Shown piece by piece: positions 40,301 to 52,859 of a DNA stretch of 64,000 nt. Positions within the stretch are counted from its first letter, which is position 1, and the number at the start of each line of letters is the position of its first letter. Under the pieces are notes generated by a model. It saw nothing but the letters and a program-made list of their open reading frames with translations. It made no database searches and was not told the DNA's origin. Both the position numbers and the translations under genes were made by a program. The stretch is taken from positions 9,060,538 through 9,124,537 of the forward strand of contig CM119266.1 of the NCBI GenBank assembly GCA_051294375.1, read 5' to 3'. Origin of the DNA: Paraspadella gotoi (lineage: Eukaryota > Animalia > Chaetognatha).

Positions 40301-43097
40301 AATAACAAATACTAATAACAAATACTTACAAATAATAAATCATTTATTGAACATTACACGGGACTGTATATTCTGAAACTTACTTATTTAATACTTTTTA
40401 TTTCCATTTTTTACTTATGCAAACTAAGTTCAGGTAGTGTTAAAATTATCTCCTGATTTATCAATTATCAACGTGTCTCGTGACATTATTTCATATTGAC
40501 TCGTAATCAACTAAATTTTATTCATTGTAGCAGCCCGATGAATCATTTTACAAGGATGCCCGTTACCCATTTACCTTCTCCGCCACCATTTTGACCTCTC
40601 AAAATAAATTGTAATGACTTTTGACAAATAAATGCCGCCACAATATCTGGGATACGAGTTTCGTAGGTCAACAATTAAGTGCGAAGATTTGTACGTTTAA
40701 AATGGCTCGAGTCGGAGGGAAAATTAATTACAAAGAAAAATAATGAAATTTTTGGAAAAGATTTACTCAAGATGTAACGTCAACAAGCTCGTTTCCAACC
40801 AAATATATACCTCGTAAATTAATCGGTACGAAAAAATTTTAAAATCATATAAAACACATAAATACCAGAATAAAAGAATTATTCATAAGACGCCAGATGT
40901 TCTCGGCGTACATATATCTGGATCTGCTTTGCCAAAGTGAAACATGCCTCGAGTTCAAACACCCCTAACGAATGATCCGATTTCCCTGGAGGACGGGCGG
41001 ATCGACGATATTAGATTACGTCTCTCATCAGATTTCTCATTCCCCCCCTTCCCTCTCGATATTTAAAACAATCGCTTTTTCCTCTAGCGCTATTTATTGC
41101 AAAACTGTCACGCTTCGGCGACGACAAAAGAGATAGATTAACAGGGCAAGAGGGGGGAAAAAGCGTAAATAAACAAAAATGTACTCACCGTCACGAATAT
41201 AAAATCCCAAGGGTTTGTCCTCGTTCTGTTTGCAGAGTTTGACCCGTCGGTGAGTCTCGGGAACCGTGTCCACGTCGACGATGGACGAAACTTGACGAAA
41301 ATCCTCCTACAAAAAAAACAACAAAATAACAAGGAATGGCAATTACAAGGTCTTGCGTCGCATTGGCTAATCATTTAATAGTACTTTATTTTTTCTTTTA
41401 AGTATAAAAAAAATTCTCTTCAATATCATATCACATCATCATATGACTGCTCTATTATAAAACATACACGACATAGAAAACGTCTCCTGTTATATCACAT
41501 GTCTGGCAAGTAAAATAACCATTCACCACTATGACCTAATCTATACTTCATTTAACATAGGAGGGACAGATCGACGCCAATCGACTTACAGACTTGCTCC
41601 GCGAGTACTCGCGGCGCAACTAAAAAGAATGACTCGAATGTCTTCTTGGGATTAAAATGTCTCCTTTGTAAAAAAAAATCCTCTTTCAGACATAAATTAC
41701 ACGCTCTCTAAAGAATTCTGTCCTTAATCCCCCGATCGATCCCACAGCGTAACAATTCTAAATTCTCATAATTTACCATTAAACTAATTTTGGGATGCAT
41801 CTTGACTTTTGGATTCGGCGATATCAAAGTGAAGGGGTTCATCTGAGTCGGTTTCTTCCTCTTTAGCGTGGAGGCGTAGTTGGAAATTTCGCTGACATCT
41901 TCGCCTGGAGGTAGGAAGAAATTCAGTTGAGGTTTCCCAAAGTATGTTTAAAAAAAAAGCTTTAGAAATAAGAACTCACCCTTTCGTTGAACTATGAGCC
42001 TCAAGAGAGGAAGGGCTGTTGTCAGGGCTTTTTGGAAGTTGTCGTCATTGTTAATTGGTAGGAGATCGCCCTCTTTGTCAGGGTACGTAATTATAAACTG
42101 GCTATCGAGACTGGGAAAAGAAAGTTCACGAGTTAAAATTGGACATTCTTGTAAATAAAAACAATCTTACTCGGTTTACCTATGGAGGGATTCCAAAATA
42201 TTGTAAAAGTCTAAGAAGGAAGTGATTTTTCGTCTGTCGAGCCCAAATCGTCGAAACTCGGCCTCGAACTGTAAAGGAGAAACAGTTTGGGAAAGGCTAT
42301 TAAATCACAAATGCGTTATTATGATCTTAGAATTATTTACTATAGTTGACTGATAAAAAAAAAAAAAAAAGTGAAAATATCGGTGACCATAAAAGGGGCG
42401 ATTTTCTGGAATTCCTTTCTCAAGCTGAAATCTTAATGTGGACACAAATATTGGAACGAAAACCATTTCTTTTTCATCTGACCAAACCTTAGCAAACAAA
42501 TGTTGTCGCACAAAAGGGTTGGAAATAGAAATGGAAATCTGCATAAAGACTAGCGATTTGTTTATTTAAACCTATTTAAACCTATTAAAACCTATTAAAA
42601 CCTTTGAAAGTCATAAGATGTACGGAGATTAAAATTAAATAAAAGATCACACATGGTAGTACAGGTATATGATTTTTTATGAACAATATTTCGATCCGTC
42701 AAATGGATCGAAATATTGGTCATAAAAAAATTTTATACTTGTACTTCCTTGGGTGATCCTTTATAACTTTAAAACCTCCATGAAAACCTATAAGCTTTAT
42801 AAAGAGTAGTAAAAGCAGCTGTTGCAAAGCTTGCAGTTTCGTTTTTTCTGTCAACTTTTCTGTTAATTTTTTCACATTTAACTAAAACACCATCAGTATT
42901 AATGGCCAAACCATTTAAACTCCATCAACTATGACTACAAAGATCAGAACTCCCATCAATTTAATCTTAATGATTAATAAGCTACAATGTTACCCGAGTG
43001 CATCAAAAAAAAGTAGGAAACTTACTTTGCTTTTGACTTCAATCACGCTATTAGGATGTAGCGAATCGGGCCTGGGCTGTCGACGACTACTCGACAT
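37352..43097 (-). CDS. par-6: Partitioning defective 6 (PB1, semi-CRIB, PDZ), 8 exons
   Basis: VIEVKSK|[111 protein letters not shown]; canonical splice sites. Confidence 0.96.
41560..41627 (+). mobile_element. Helentron/HINE-like element end
   Basis: ttgctccgcgagtactcgcggcgcaactaaaaa hairpin, in a par-6 intron. Confidence 0.55.
42635..42765. mobile_element. Foldback/MITE-like imperfect inverted repeat in par-6 intron 1
   Basis: ttttttatgaacaatatttcgatcc-gtcaaat-ggatcgaaatattggtcataaaaaa, with pairing extending outward (gtacaggtata / tatacttgtac). Confidence 0.7.
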
Positions 43098-43717
43098 TCT
43101 TCCGAGCTTTTTAAATAAAAAGCCTTTGTTGTATAAACGCTGTAATATAACGCACGACGTCCGGAAAGAAGGAATCGACGATGGCCGAGTTAATATGTAG
43201 AGTGCGACGTTGGCATTTTGGAGTTTCCTTACTTGTCAAAACATTAGCAGTGGGTAAGTACAGTAAAGAAGAGACGCAGGCGCGGAGGAGGAGGATGAAG
43301 AAGAGGAAAAGGAATCCGACGGTGGAGACGAGTCCGGGTCTCTCGCCAGAGGACGTCGTCCGAGAGACATCCCTAGACGATGAACAAAAGATTCAGTCTT
43401 TCATGAGTTTTGGGATTTGTTTAATTTCATTTTCTTTTCGACGCAAATTAAAAATGATTCTGAAACGAAAATAAATGCAGAAATGAACAATTAAATAATA
43501 AATTATGCAAGGAATCTTTGTAGAACTAACACTGGTATTCTCGTAGCCTAACTATAAATATGAAGGTAAACGGATTCTTTTTCAACGACGCAGTCAATAA
43601 ATAATAAATAATGATTGTTTCAATTCTACTAAGTACTAACTCAATTAATTCTTAATTGTTATGTAAGTATTACGCTGTTGCTAATTTAAGAGGCCTCGAT
43701 GAGGAATCTCCTTCGCC

Positions 43718-45222
43718 TCAAATCCAATGGGGTGCCAACTCGTTGTCGCCTTCCATCTCATCTGGAACCGCAAGGCCGTCCTCGTCGTCGCCGGCCCGCC
43801 CAGGTCTCGGCGGGGAATGCGGGGATCGCGGTACGGCCTGANNNNNNNNNNNNNNNNNNNNNNNGGCGGGGAATGCGGTGATCGCGGTACGGCCTGATCG
43901 TCGTCGACGAGGTCTTCCTTGGACCGCTTCCCCTTGCTCCGCGCACGAAAGGCCTTGCGAGCCGCGGTTCCGCCGGATCGTTGGATTCCCACGGACTCCT
44001 TTCGACCAACTCTGGCGGAAGAGCTCATTCGCAAAAGCGCTTCGTAGCCGTATGCGACCAAGCGATGACCGGCTCCGCGGAGAGCGGCGGCCTTCTCGGC
44101 CAGCGCCGTCGCCGCGTCGAGTCGCGCCTGGAAATTGTGACGCTTCAAGATGGAGTTGCGTTGGTTGCGCTTCGCGACCTCCGCGGCGGAATATTCGAAA
44201 GGAAGAATATCTTGGGCGCGGATCCAATTCCAAGTCGGCGGGAGATCGAAGAAGACGACGTGGTAGGAGACGACTTCGGCAGAATTTCTCTTGGTGCGAC
44301 AGTAGATGGAATGATCGGCTTCTTCGCGAGATCGCTCCACGATCGCCGGCCACCAGGGATAGCCCCGCATCTTGGCGTAGACGAGGTCGCCTTCGCGTCG
44401 ATTCACTACGACCCATTTCTCCTTGGATTCTTTGACGGCGTCTTCCGGAAGATCGCAAGGATTCGTGGCGCCGCCGGAATTTTTCATGGAGGCGCATGTC
44501 CAAGATTCTGGAATGGGCAGGGCGTCGACGACCGGCTGCAGGCGCCATTTGTCGCAGGCGTCGCACTGCAACCAAATGGTTCCGTTGTTATCAATTGATA
44601 TGTCGAGGGCCAATTTCTTTGCCTCGTTTCCGGGAGAGCCGCTCGAAGGCCTCTTCTTCGGCCATTCTCCGTTACCAACTTTTCTTTCACCCATCACGTC
44701 CGGTACCGTTTGCGTGCAACGAGTAAGCGAAGCCTTTTCGGCGGAAGCAGCTACGGTTTGGGTCTTCTGGTTCCTGATTTGCTTTGGAACGGAGATGGGC
44801 GCTTCTGGGCTTCCAAACTCGATCTCGTCAACACTGACAATAGCCTTGGAATCGACGTTTTCCACCAAACCATCCGCGCTGGAATAATTTTCTAAATCCG
44901 CATCTAAAATCTCCTCTGGTGGCTGAACTAAATCCTTTTCCCCGCTTTCCACCTGCAGATCTGCATCGTACTCCACTTTGTCCTCGGCCTCTTCGCTTTT
45001 CAAGCCCAACCGCCTTGCGAGCCTTTGAAAAACCTCTTCGAACATGGAATCGGTCACGTCGTTCGGCTTGCGAATCGGACACATCTTCCGGAACTGGCCT
45101 CCATGGTTGTCGACGGCGATGTCCGACGATGAAGTAGACGATGAGGCCTCATGTGGATGGGAGCTCTCGCCTCCTTTCTTCAGCGGAATTTTGAACTTTT
45201 TCGTAGGAACAGAAGCAGCCAT
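43718..45222 (-). CDS. zf-CW plus PWWP domain protein (ZCWPW1/2-like), single coding exon
   Basis: WLQCDACDKWR...WTC...NPCDLPED (CW finger) followed by GDLVYAKMRGYPWWPAIV...YHVVFFD..PTWNWI (PWWP). The sequence on both sides of the small gap at 43842-43864 is duplicated; collapsing it gives the C-terminus ...NELAPHWI* at 43718. Confidence 0.88.
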
Positions 45223-45526
45223 TGTCTAAGGTATACGTACTTGCTGTATAGGTAATATGCTCTGCAAATTCATAAAACAGCATTAACATCGTAATGTTGC
45301 AACAAATATTTTTTTGATGACGTATAAAAAACGGGATTCAGAAATACCAACACAAATTCTTGAACCCTTTAGCCTTTGGGTTACGGCTGCTAGTGATTGT
45401 TTATGAAATAACAATTAGAAAAAAAAGGGCACGTTAGCTATCAAGCTAACAAATAAAAAAAACAGCATTTATTCAGCAAACGACGATGACCAAAATAAAA
45501 AAACAATTTGTGAATCACGACAAAGT

Positions 45527-46502
45527 TTAGAAGGAAATTGCATCGCTGTTAGCCTCTTTAAAAATGACATCTTGGCCGTCGAGGTTGGCAATTCCGTCTT
45601 TGACGCGGATTCGCCAACATCCTCCGCCGCGCCCGCGTATTACTTCCACGCTTTTGCAGAGTACGAGATTGTCGCTTCGAAAAAGTTCTTCGAAGTCGTC
45701 GCTCATGTCGTCTCCGGAATTTAACGGATCCTTGAAGGTCGATCAGGATATTTTACTTTAATCGAATTCATATTCTAAAATGAGCAATTTATTTCTCGAA
45801 ATTCGTTTTAAACCTCGTCTTCCTCCGATTCGTCTTCTTCCTCTTCTTCGTCGTCGTCGGAATTCGTGTTGTTTTTCTCAGCGTCTCCCTGATAAATTAA
45901 GGCATTATTAGGTAAGGGAGCACCTGTTACCATGTGGTTATTGTTTTTCTCACCGATGAAGAGGATTTATGATCACACGGAGCTGGATTCTTTACTTCGA
46001 TTTTGCTAGCTTTTTTCAAGTCATTGAGTCTAGTAGCTAAAACAGAAAACATTTGATAAAATAAGAATTTCTTTCCGTAAGTCGTGTAAAGATTTTAAAA
46101 TCTAATAACTGACCGACTCATTTATTAAGTTATACATTTTATATAAAAAGTAAATTAGCCTACTAAAATATTGTTATACTAAAAGATCTAACCTGATCTA
46201 GTAGAAATTGTGCTTTCTTCTACCTTTGTTTTCTTCCCAGAGCGACTTTTCTTCAGATTTAACAACCATTTTTGCTTCAAATCTATATAAACAGTAATAA
46301 TCATTAATAAAGAAACTTTTTCGTCATAATAAATTTGTTAACTAATAGATAATAAAACTAAATAATAGAAAAAATGACCTGCGAGAATTCCTTCGTCAAC
46401 CTTTTCCTCAATGAAAGTTTCTCGTAATTTAGTAGTGACATCCTCAATGACGCTGTGATAAAACTGGTTAGCTTGTTTCAAACCGTCGTACTTTGAAGTC
46501 AT
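45527..46502 (-). CDS. Transcription factor IIA large subunit (alpha/beta)-like, divergent, 191 aa; exons 46379-46502, 46193-46282, 45954-46036, 45814-45888, 45527-45730
   Basis: N-terminal FYHSVIEDVTTKLRETFIEEKVDEGILADLKQKW; C-terminal DPLNSGDDMSDD..ELFRSDNLVLC...WRIRVKDGIANLDGQDVIFKEANSDA; splice phases consistent. Confidence 0.85.
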
Positions 46503-46717
46503 GACTAAAGTATTCTCTAACAACCCAATAGGAAATAACGAAAAATATATGTAGATAAATATTGTAATAATAGACTGCGAATGAAGACGGTGTGTACAAC
46601 TTGCACACTGTAGAGAGAAATGAGGAAAAAAAAAATCACAGTATCAGGTATGTATTTTCTGAGCACGACCATTTTTTTCTTTTTTAAGTTCTAACAAAAA
46701 AATATATTTTTTTCACG

Positions 46718-49700
46718 TCAATTGAAGTTGATCGATAACTTTCGTCCCTTGCTCCTCCTCTTAATTCCGCAAACTAATTGATGATCCTTCCAATCCTCCA
46801 ACTGGCAATCCCGCGAACAATAAGTGGAACCGCACGCGCAAAACAAAAACGCGGTCGGAGAGGCGTTCCGCGGCGGCGTCTCAGAGTACGCGCGCGGGGA
46901 GGGCGTGGAAAGGCTCGTCGAGCTCGAAGATTCCTTGGGCGAATATTGACCAAAATCCGCGCTTCGTCGAGGCGCGGCGACGAGGCCCAAGGGAGAGGCA
47001 TCCGACTTGGGTTTCTTCTTTTTCTTCTTTTTCGCGCTGGAATCCCGCGGCGCCAGACTCGAGTAAGCGGAATCAGCGTTGGAGTCGACCATTTCGAGGG
47101 GCTTAAGCGACGTGGCTTTGTTCCCCTTGGCCACGTCGTCCTTGAGACAATGGTGACAGAATTGCCGTCCAAGGATTTTGGGCGTAGAGCCGGAATCTTG
47201 AGCGGCCGTAGCGAGAGCGCCGTTGAAGGCGCCGGGACTCTGTGGAGAGTTGGAGAGTCGCTCAGCGCGGTAGGTGTTGGGTCCGAGCATATCGGGCAGC
47301 TCCGTATCGTCGTCGAGCATCAGCGGGATCATTCCCATGCAGGGGTTGTTCTCCTCCAGAACGGCCTTGGCGTGACCGGTGATGGAAATCATGCGGCCGC
47401 AATCTAAGAACTTGTTTTTCTTCATTTCACCCTTGGCCTTTTCGGTGAGGACCACGCACTTTTCCACGTGGGAGAAGGAATTGTCGAGGAGAACCACTCT
47501 GGTGCCGAATCCGCCCGCGTTGACGGCTGCGCTACAGAGATCCATGGGCGCGGCTTCGTCGACGGATAAACGCGCGGAGACGAACCGGCTGCCCTCTATG
47601 GACGCGCTGGCTCCCTTCTTGATCTTGATCAAATCTCTTTCCGGGTAACCGCTCAACGTGGCGCCTTGAGCCGGATGCTGCCGTTTGAATGATGATTTGT
47701 TTACGCGAGCCTCCGCGTTACCGTGGATGAAGACTTCGCTGTTGACGAAATCGCAAGCGTCGACCTCGACGGCGGCTTGGGAGGAAGCGGACAATCCGCA
47801 GCCGGAAATGTCGAAGAAGGAAGAAGACGAAAGGGAGACTTTGCCCCCGTCCTCGGCGACGACGCCGTGGGCGATCTGAAAGAAGAGCGAGTTGGAGATA
47901 GCGACGACGCCTTCCGAAGTCGACGAGACGGCCACCGTCTCTTGAGGGGAGACGTCTGCCTCGTAGTCGTGCACGCTGTGAAAGCTACACCCGTCGATCT
48001 CTATTTCGGCACCGTCCGAGGCGCCAACGATGGGAGCGGAATTGGAACCGGAAGTGATGAACGCGATTCGCGAAAATGAAACTACCACATTGCCGGAACA
48101 GGAAAAGGGGGACGACGCTTCGTCGGTCGGAAGGGAAATTACAACGTGATCGGATAGATGGCGCAACACTTGACGCCAACGTAATCCTAAGTAAAAATTA
48201 AAATCAATAAATGTAGATTAACTTCCAATTCAAGACTCTTTTTGTTCGCACTACTAACTACTTTCTGTATTAACGATTGTTAATCCTTTCATTCGGACAG
48301 AACTAACTTTGGTTTTTCCTTTCCTTTGTCTCTAACAAGACTGATTAAACTAACTGATGTAACTAACCTAATTTAAGAGTGACGTTTCCAACGATGTCTA
48401 GCTTCGTGCCATCGGGAAATTCTGGAACGTCTTCTAGAGAGGCTTCGTACTTTCCCGGCGCCACCAACAAAGTGACGTTTTTAATCTCGTTGTGAGTGAC
48501 GTACTTAGAGGCGGCCTTGAGATCGGCGAAACATGCGGGGCCTTCGCCTCCGACTAGGAAAACATCCTCGAAATGACGAATGTAGTCAAAGGCGGGACTA
48601 TCATTGATGACGCTTTGGTACAGCGAATGATTAAGCTCTTTCAGAAACAACCACAACTATTTAAAGCAAGAGCGAACGTTGAAATTGCTATACTGGTATT
48701 ATTTATATTTACTATGCTGGTATTATTTATTTATATTTACTATGCTGGTATTATTTATTTATATTTACTATGCTGGTATTATTTATTTATATTTACTAGA
48801 CTGGTATTATTTATTTATATTTACTTACGATCTTGTTCATTCAAACGCAGTGAAACAGAGTTCGTTCTTTTGTTTCCCTTTCGGTTCTCATCTCAATTCA
48901 TCGAGTGAAACGGGCTACCCATAATTTAACCAAAGTCAAGCAAATAGCAAGGGTAACTTGTTAACGGGTTAGCTAATAATTATTTAAAGATTATAGAAGG
49001 CTTCATATATAAAAAAAACTATCTTTCGATTTTTTCCAATCGAGAATGCTACATTGAAGCTACGGTATTCAAGAAGGCCGCTTTCAGAATTTTTTAAGGT
49101 GATAAAGTTTCAAAGAGATGACATACTAATAAATAAATTTCAACGCTCGCCTTGGGATTAAAGCCCGGCGGGGCGGATTCGTCTCCGAACTGCAACCGCA
49201 AATACTTCGCTATGTGCTGCGCCGCGGAAATGGTCTTCTTCTCTTCCGTCGCAGAAAGGTTTTCCAGCTTGTAGATGGCGCGCGCCATGTGAAAGTGGGC
49301 CTCGAAAAACGTCGACTCCAACCGGAGGGCCTTTTCAGCGGCCTCGACGGCGCCCTTGATTCCCCTCTCGTACGAGGAGAAGGAAACGTGGAATGCTTTC
49401 AGGTCGGCCGGGATCTTTTTGAGGGATTTGAACAATTCCACGAAGGTAGAGAATTTCTTCTTGTGTCGCTTGGGAACTTCCTCCCAGGCTCGAAAGAGAT
49501 CATTCTCGCCGACGACCGACCGCTCCAACCGCGCCATCGAGAGCAGAGACCACTTTTCGGCGAGGTTCGTGGTCGGCACGATCGCCGCGCACGCCTCGCA
49601 CGTAGCGGAACCCTCCGCGCCCTCCGAAGAGTCGCGGCGAAGGTTTCCGTTGACGTCCACACCGGCGCCTTTAACCTCAGCTTCGAGCAGCTCGACGGCG

Positions 49701-49852
49701 GCGTCGAAGCGCGAGGAATCGATAAGATCGCGCGCCCGTCGCCGCGCGAGGCAACACGGGCACCACGGAGAAGGGGACAATTTCCGACTGGGTCGAGCGG
49801 AAGAACGCGTCATCGCGTAATCGGAAGCTAGAACGGAGGATATTTCAGTCAT
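46718..49852 (-). CDS. Protein with TPR-like N-terminus, right-handed parallel beta-helix repeats and split C-terminal MYND zinc finger (internal splice sites unresolved)
   Basis: ORFs 49094-49852, 48363-48656 and 46718-48169; LLVAPGKYE..LDIVG beta-helix cap, IxxCxF-type repeats, FCHHC ... CACGSTYCSRDCQLEDWKDHQLVC. Confidence 0.75.
48690..48825. repeat. 29-bp intronic tandem repeat (~4.5 copies)
   Basis: tttatatttactatgctggtattatttat repeated. Confidence 0.9.
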
Positions 49853-50062
49853 AATCTCAGAATGAAACGAGACTTCAAGGCGTCGAGGTTGACTTCGAAT
49901 TTAACGAGCGAACGGTGAAAACGATTGGAATAAGTTTTATCATGATCAAGAGCTAAAAAAGAGGTGTATAAGTATAAAATAATAAAAATAAATACTTTTA
50001 AAAAAACAAAATTCGATGTAAACTCCAATTCAAACGAATGAGTAAAAAAATCAAAAACAAAT

Positions 50063-52427
50063 TCATTCGACATAATCTTGGCAATTCTTCAACTGGCTGG
50101 TTCCGGGCAAACTAGCTATTCCAGTCCTGTACAAATCCTCGTCCGAGCCGTTGTGAAGAAGTTGAATCTACCAAAGGGCAAAATCAAAATAGTCCAAAGG
50201 CAAATAAAATATAATAAGAAATGAAAAAATCTTAAAAGCCAGACGTTACTATCAAAGAAAATTAATAAAAAAATCCAGAAAAAAAGATTGTTATTGTAAT
50301 AATAATTGATTGGTATAATAATAATTGAATTATATAATAGTAATTTATTAATATAATTATTATTTATTGATGTAATAATAATTAATTGATATAATAATAA
50401 TTAATTAATATAATAATAATTGATTGATACGATAATAACCAATTATTAATACGATAATAATTAAATGATGGATACGATCATAATCATTCATTGACGCGAT
50501 AAATTATTTATCATAAATAAAACAAATGCGTATATGAATGAAAAAAAAATTTAAAAAAATATAGAAAAACTGAACAGCCGTTGCAGAACTGAACTAATTT
50601 TTGATGAATCAGAAAGTAACAACGGAAAAAAAGAACAAAATAGAAAGAAGCTGGACAACCGCAGCAGAGCTGAACAAACAAATACGTGTAGCAATATAAA
50701 ACGTATAAATCTAAAAGATCTGGCTGATTAGAAACTATATTTAAAATTTTAACTTTCTATAGTTACATATTTTTATTGGTAAAAAAAACGACCACAAGGA
50801 AGCAGAAGCGAACCAAAATCACGCCAAGTCAGGCTTTAGCCTGTCTGGCGAAATAGAAAGGAATACAAGAAATGAAAAATAAACTAACCAGGAGTTTTTC
50901 TTGGACCACTGGGTGCCAATTCGGACCCAAAATCTTTTGACGAGGAAAAAACGATCTTCGTATGTCGAAGAATCTAGTCTCGTGGTCGAAATAATGAAAT
51001 AGAGCGTCGGAACGAGTAGTGGGGATCATTTCGTAAGCATTGACGACGTCGCAAATGTGCAGTGCAAGAAATATCGCCAAGGTGCCTGTGGCCAAAGAGA
51101 AAACGCGAATTTCTCCTAACGGTGAAGGATCTCGTTTCCAACTCGCCTGAGGACGGGGAATTCGAAATCATGTATCCGCCGTTGTGGGGAGAAAATCGCC
51201 ACACAAATTCCCAAGCGTTCTTGATAAACTTGGGATTGATCACTCGCAGGTTGGCGTGTCTCTTCAGTTGAAGAAACTCGTAAAGATTATTCAGGAATTG
51301 AGCGTGGTTGGATTTTTCGACACACACTGGGGTTCAGACCGAAATCGTTATATTTTTTTAACGATATTTTATTGGTTATATTCCCCAAACTAAATTAGAA
51401 TGATATTCGGCCTTAGCATACCTTTGCTAGACTTTTCGCCTTCACAGTCATGAAGCCAAATATTCATGTCGTCTACATCGTCCCAGCCCACCAGCATCGA
51501 TACGTTTTGTGAATAAACGCTTCCGTTCAAGAAAATGTCCCTTTCTCTTACAGGGACGAGGCTGTCGAACAATCTCAGGAAGGTTTTTCGTCCAACGTCT
51601 CTTTCAAAGCCTGTCGTCGGAGCGGAGTTGAGCCGGAACACGGCCTCGTTCGCATCGATATGAGCGCCAAGATTAGATCCGATCATTCTAGGGTTTTGAA
51701 TATAAACTTTTTGGATAAGTTTAATAGTGACTTAGAAAATTGACATAACCTTACCTACCGGAATTAGAGACCACTCCACAAGTACTAAAACTAGGTAAAT
51801 GACGCGTAGTTTTCTCAGAAAGCAAAATACTTTTAAACTTTGAATCTTTCAGCTCGTAAGTAGAGTTATGGAGAAACGACAGCGACATTGTTCTCTTGAA
51901 ATTGCACATAGCATACCTAGCAGTATGTCGCCGCAGGCCTAGAAAGAATACTACTTATAATCGAAAAGCGGGTTAATTATACTTTCCCCGACCGGGGTTA
52001 GGGAGGGTTTAGGGTTAATGGTAGTTAATAAGTGATTTAGAGTTAGGGGTGATTAGGGTTTAAGGTTAAGATAATTAGATAATTTTTTAAAATTTTGTTT
52101 AAAAATATTTTTAAATAAATTTTTAAAAAACGCTAAAACCCCGGTCGGCGAAACTAAAATTTTGCCCGAAAATCAATGGCTTATGAAAAACCACAAATAA
52201 ATTGACTAACCTTCATCTTTTTCCAAATAGGACGGTAAATATAGACCAGCATTTCGCGCCAGAGCCTTTGCGGCTAAACAGGATTCGCTACAACTGTTTT
52301 TTGCAATTGCTTTATTAGAAAATATTCGATATTGGCTACCCGAGTACCATGTCGTACAGATGAATCCACAAAACAAATATATAAGAGCCTTTTTGTTAAA
52401 TGGGTATTTATATAACCTTGAAAACAT
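50063..52427 (-). CDS. GT29 sialyltransferase, ST6Gal-like, 6 exons
   Basis: N-terminal signal anchor; sialylmotif L CGVVSNSG..IGSNLGAHIDANEAVFRLNSAPTTGFERDVGRKT; motif S NSPSSGTLAIFLALHICDVVNAYE; motif III HYFD; motif VS WHPVVQEK; last exon IQLLHNGSDEDLYRTGIASLPG resembles the ST6Gal C-terminus. Confidence 0.9.
51980..52160. mobile_element. MITE with ~18-bp TIRs and TTAGGG-like interior, in sialyltransferase intron 1
   Basis: Left tactttccccgaccgggg, right ccccggtcggcgaaacta; interior ttagggagggtttagggttaa. Confidence 0.7.
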
Positions 52428-52859
52428 CTAATAATATCAGTAATTTAACGATCTCTCTAAAATAAATAGTCACAATATTAATGATTAATTTAAAAAAAAT
52501 TTTTGTCAACGTGAACCTCATAAAGGGACCAAATAATGACTAAAATCGGATAATAACGTATTAAAAAGTAAATCAATAGGCCATGTACAGCAAAACTAAT
52601 ATTATTTTTATGATATAAAAAAATATTAAAAATATCAAATAAATTCTGCAAAACCTGAACAAAGCGAATCATAAAAAAAAATTTTTCTTAAAATTATTTA
52701 AGTTAAAGGCCAGCAAACGCGTATAGTATTCAAAAATCAATGATCAGTCACTTTACTAAGCCAATGACATACGTATATGTCAGCAACAAAACATAAATAT
52801 AAACTTGTGGGCATTGAAAACTAAGACGTCAAATTCTCTTCGATTAAAAGAACCTTAAG

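Noticed and set aside
43800-43900. Short tandem duplication in the ZCWPW-like C-terminus
   Set aside because: Near-identical overlap on both sides of a 23-N gap, typical of an unmerged contig overlap
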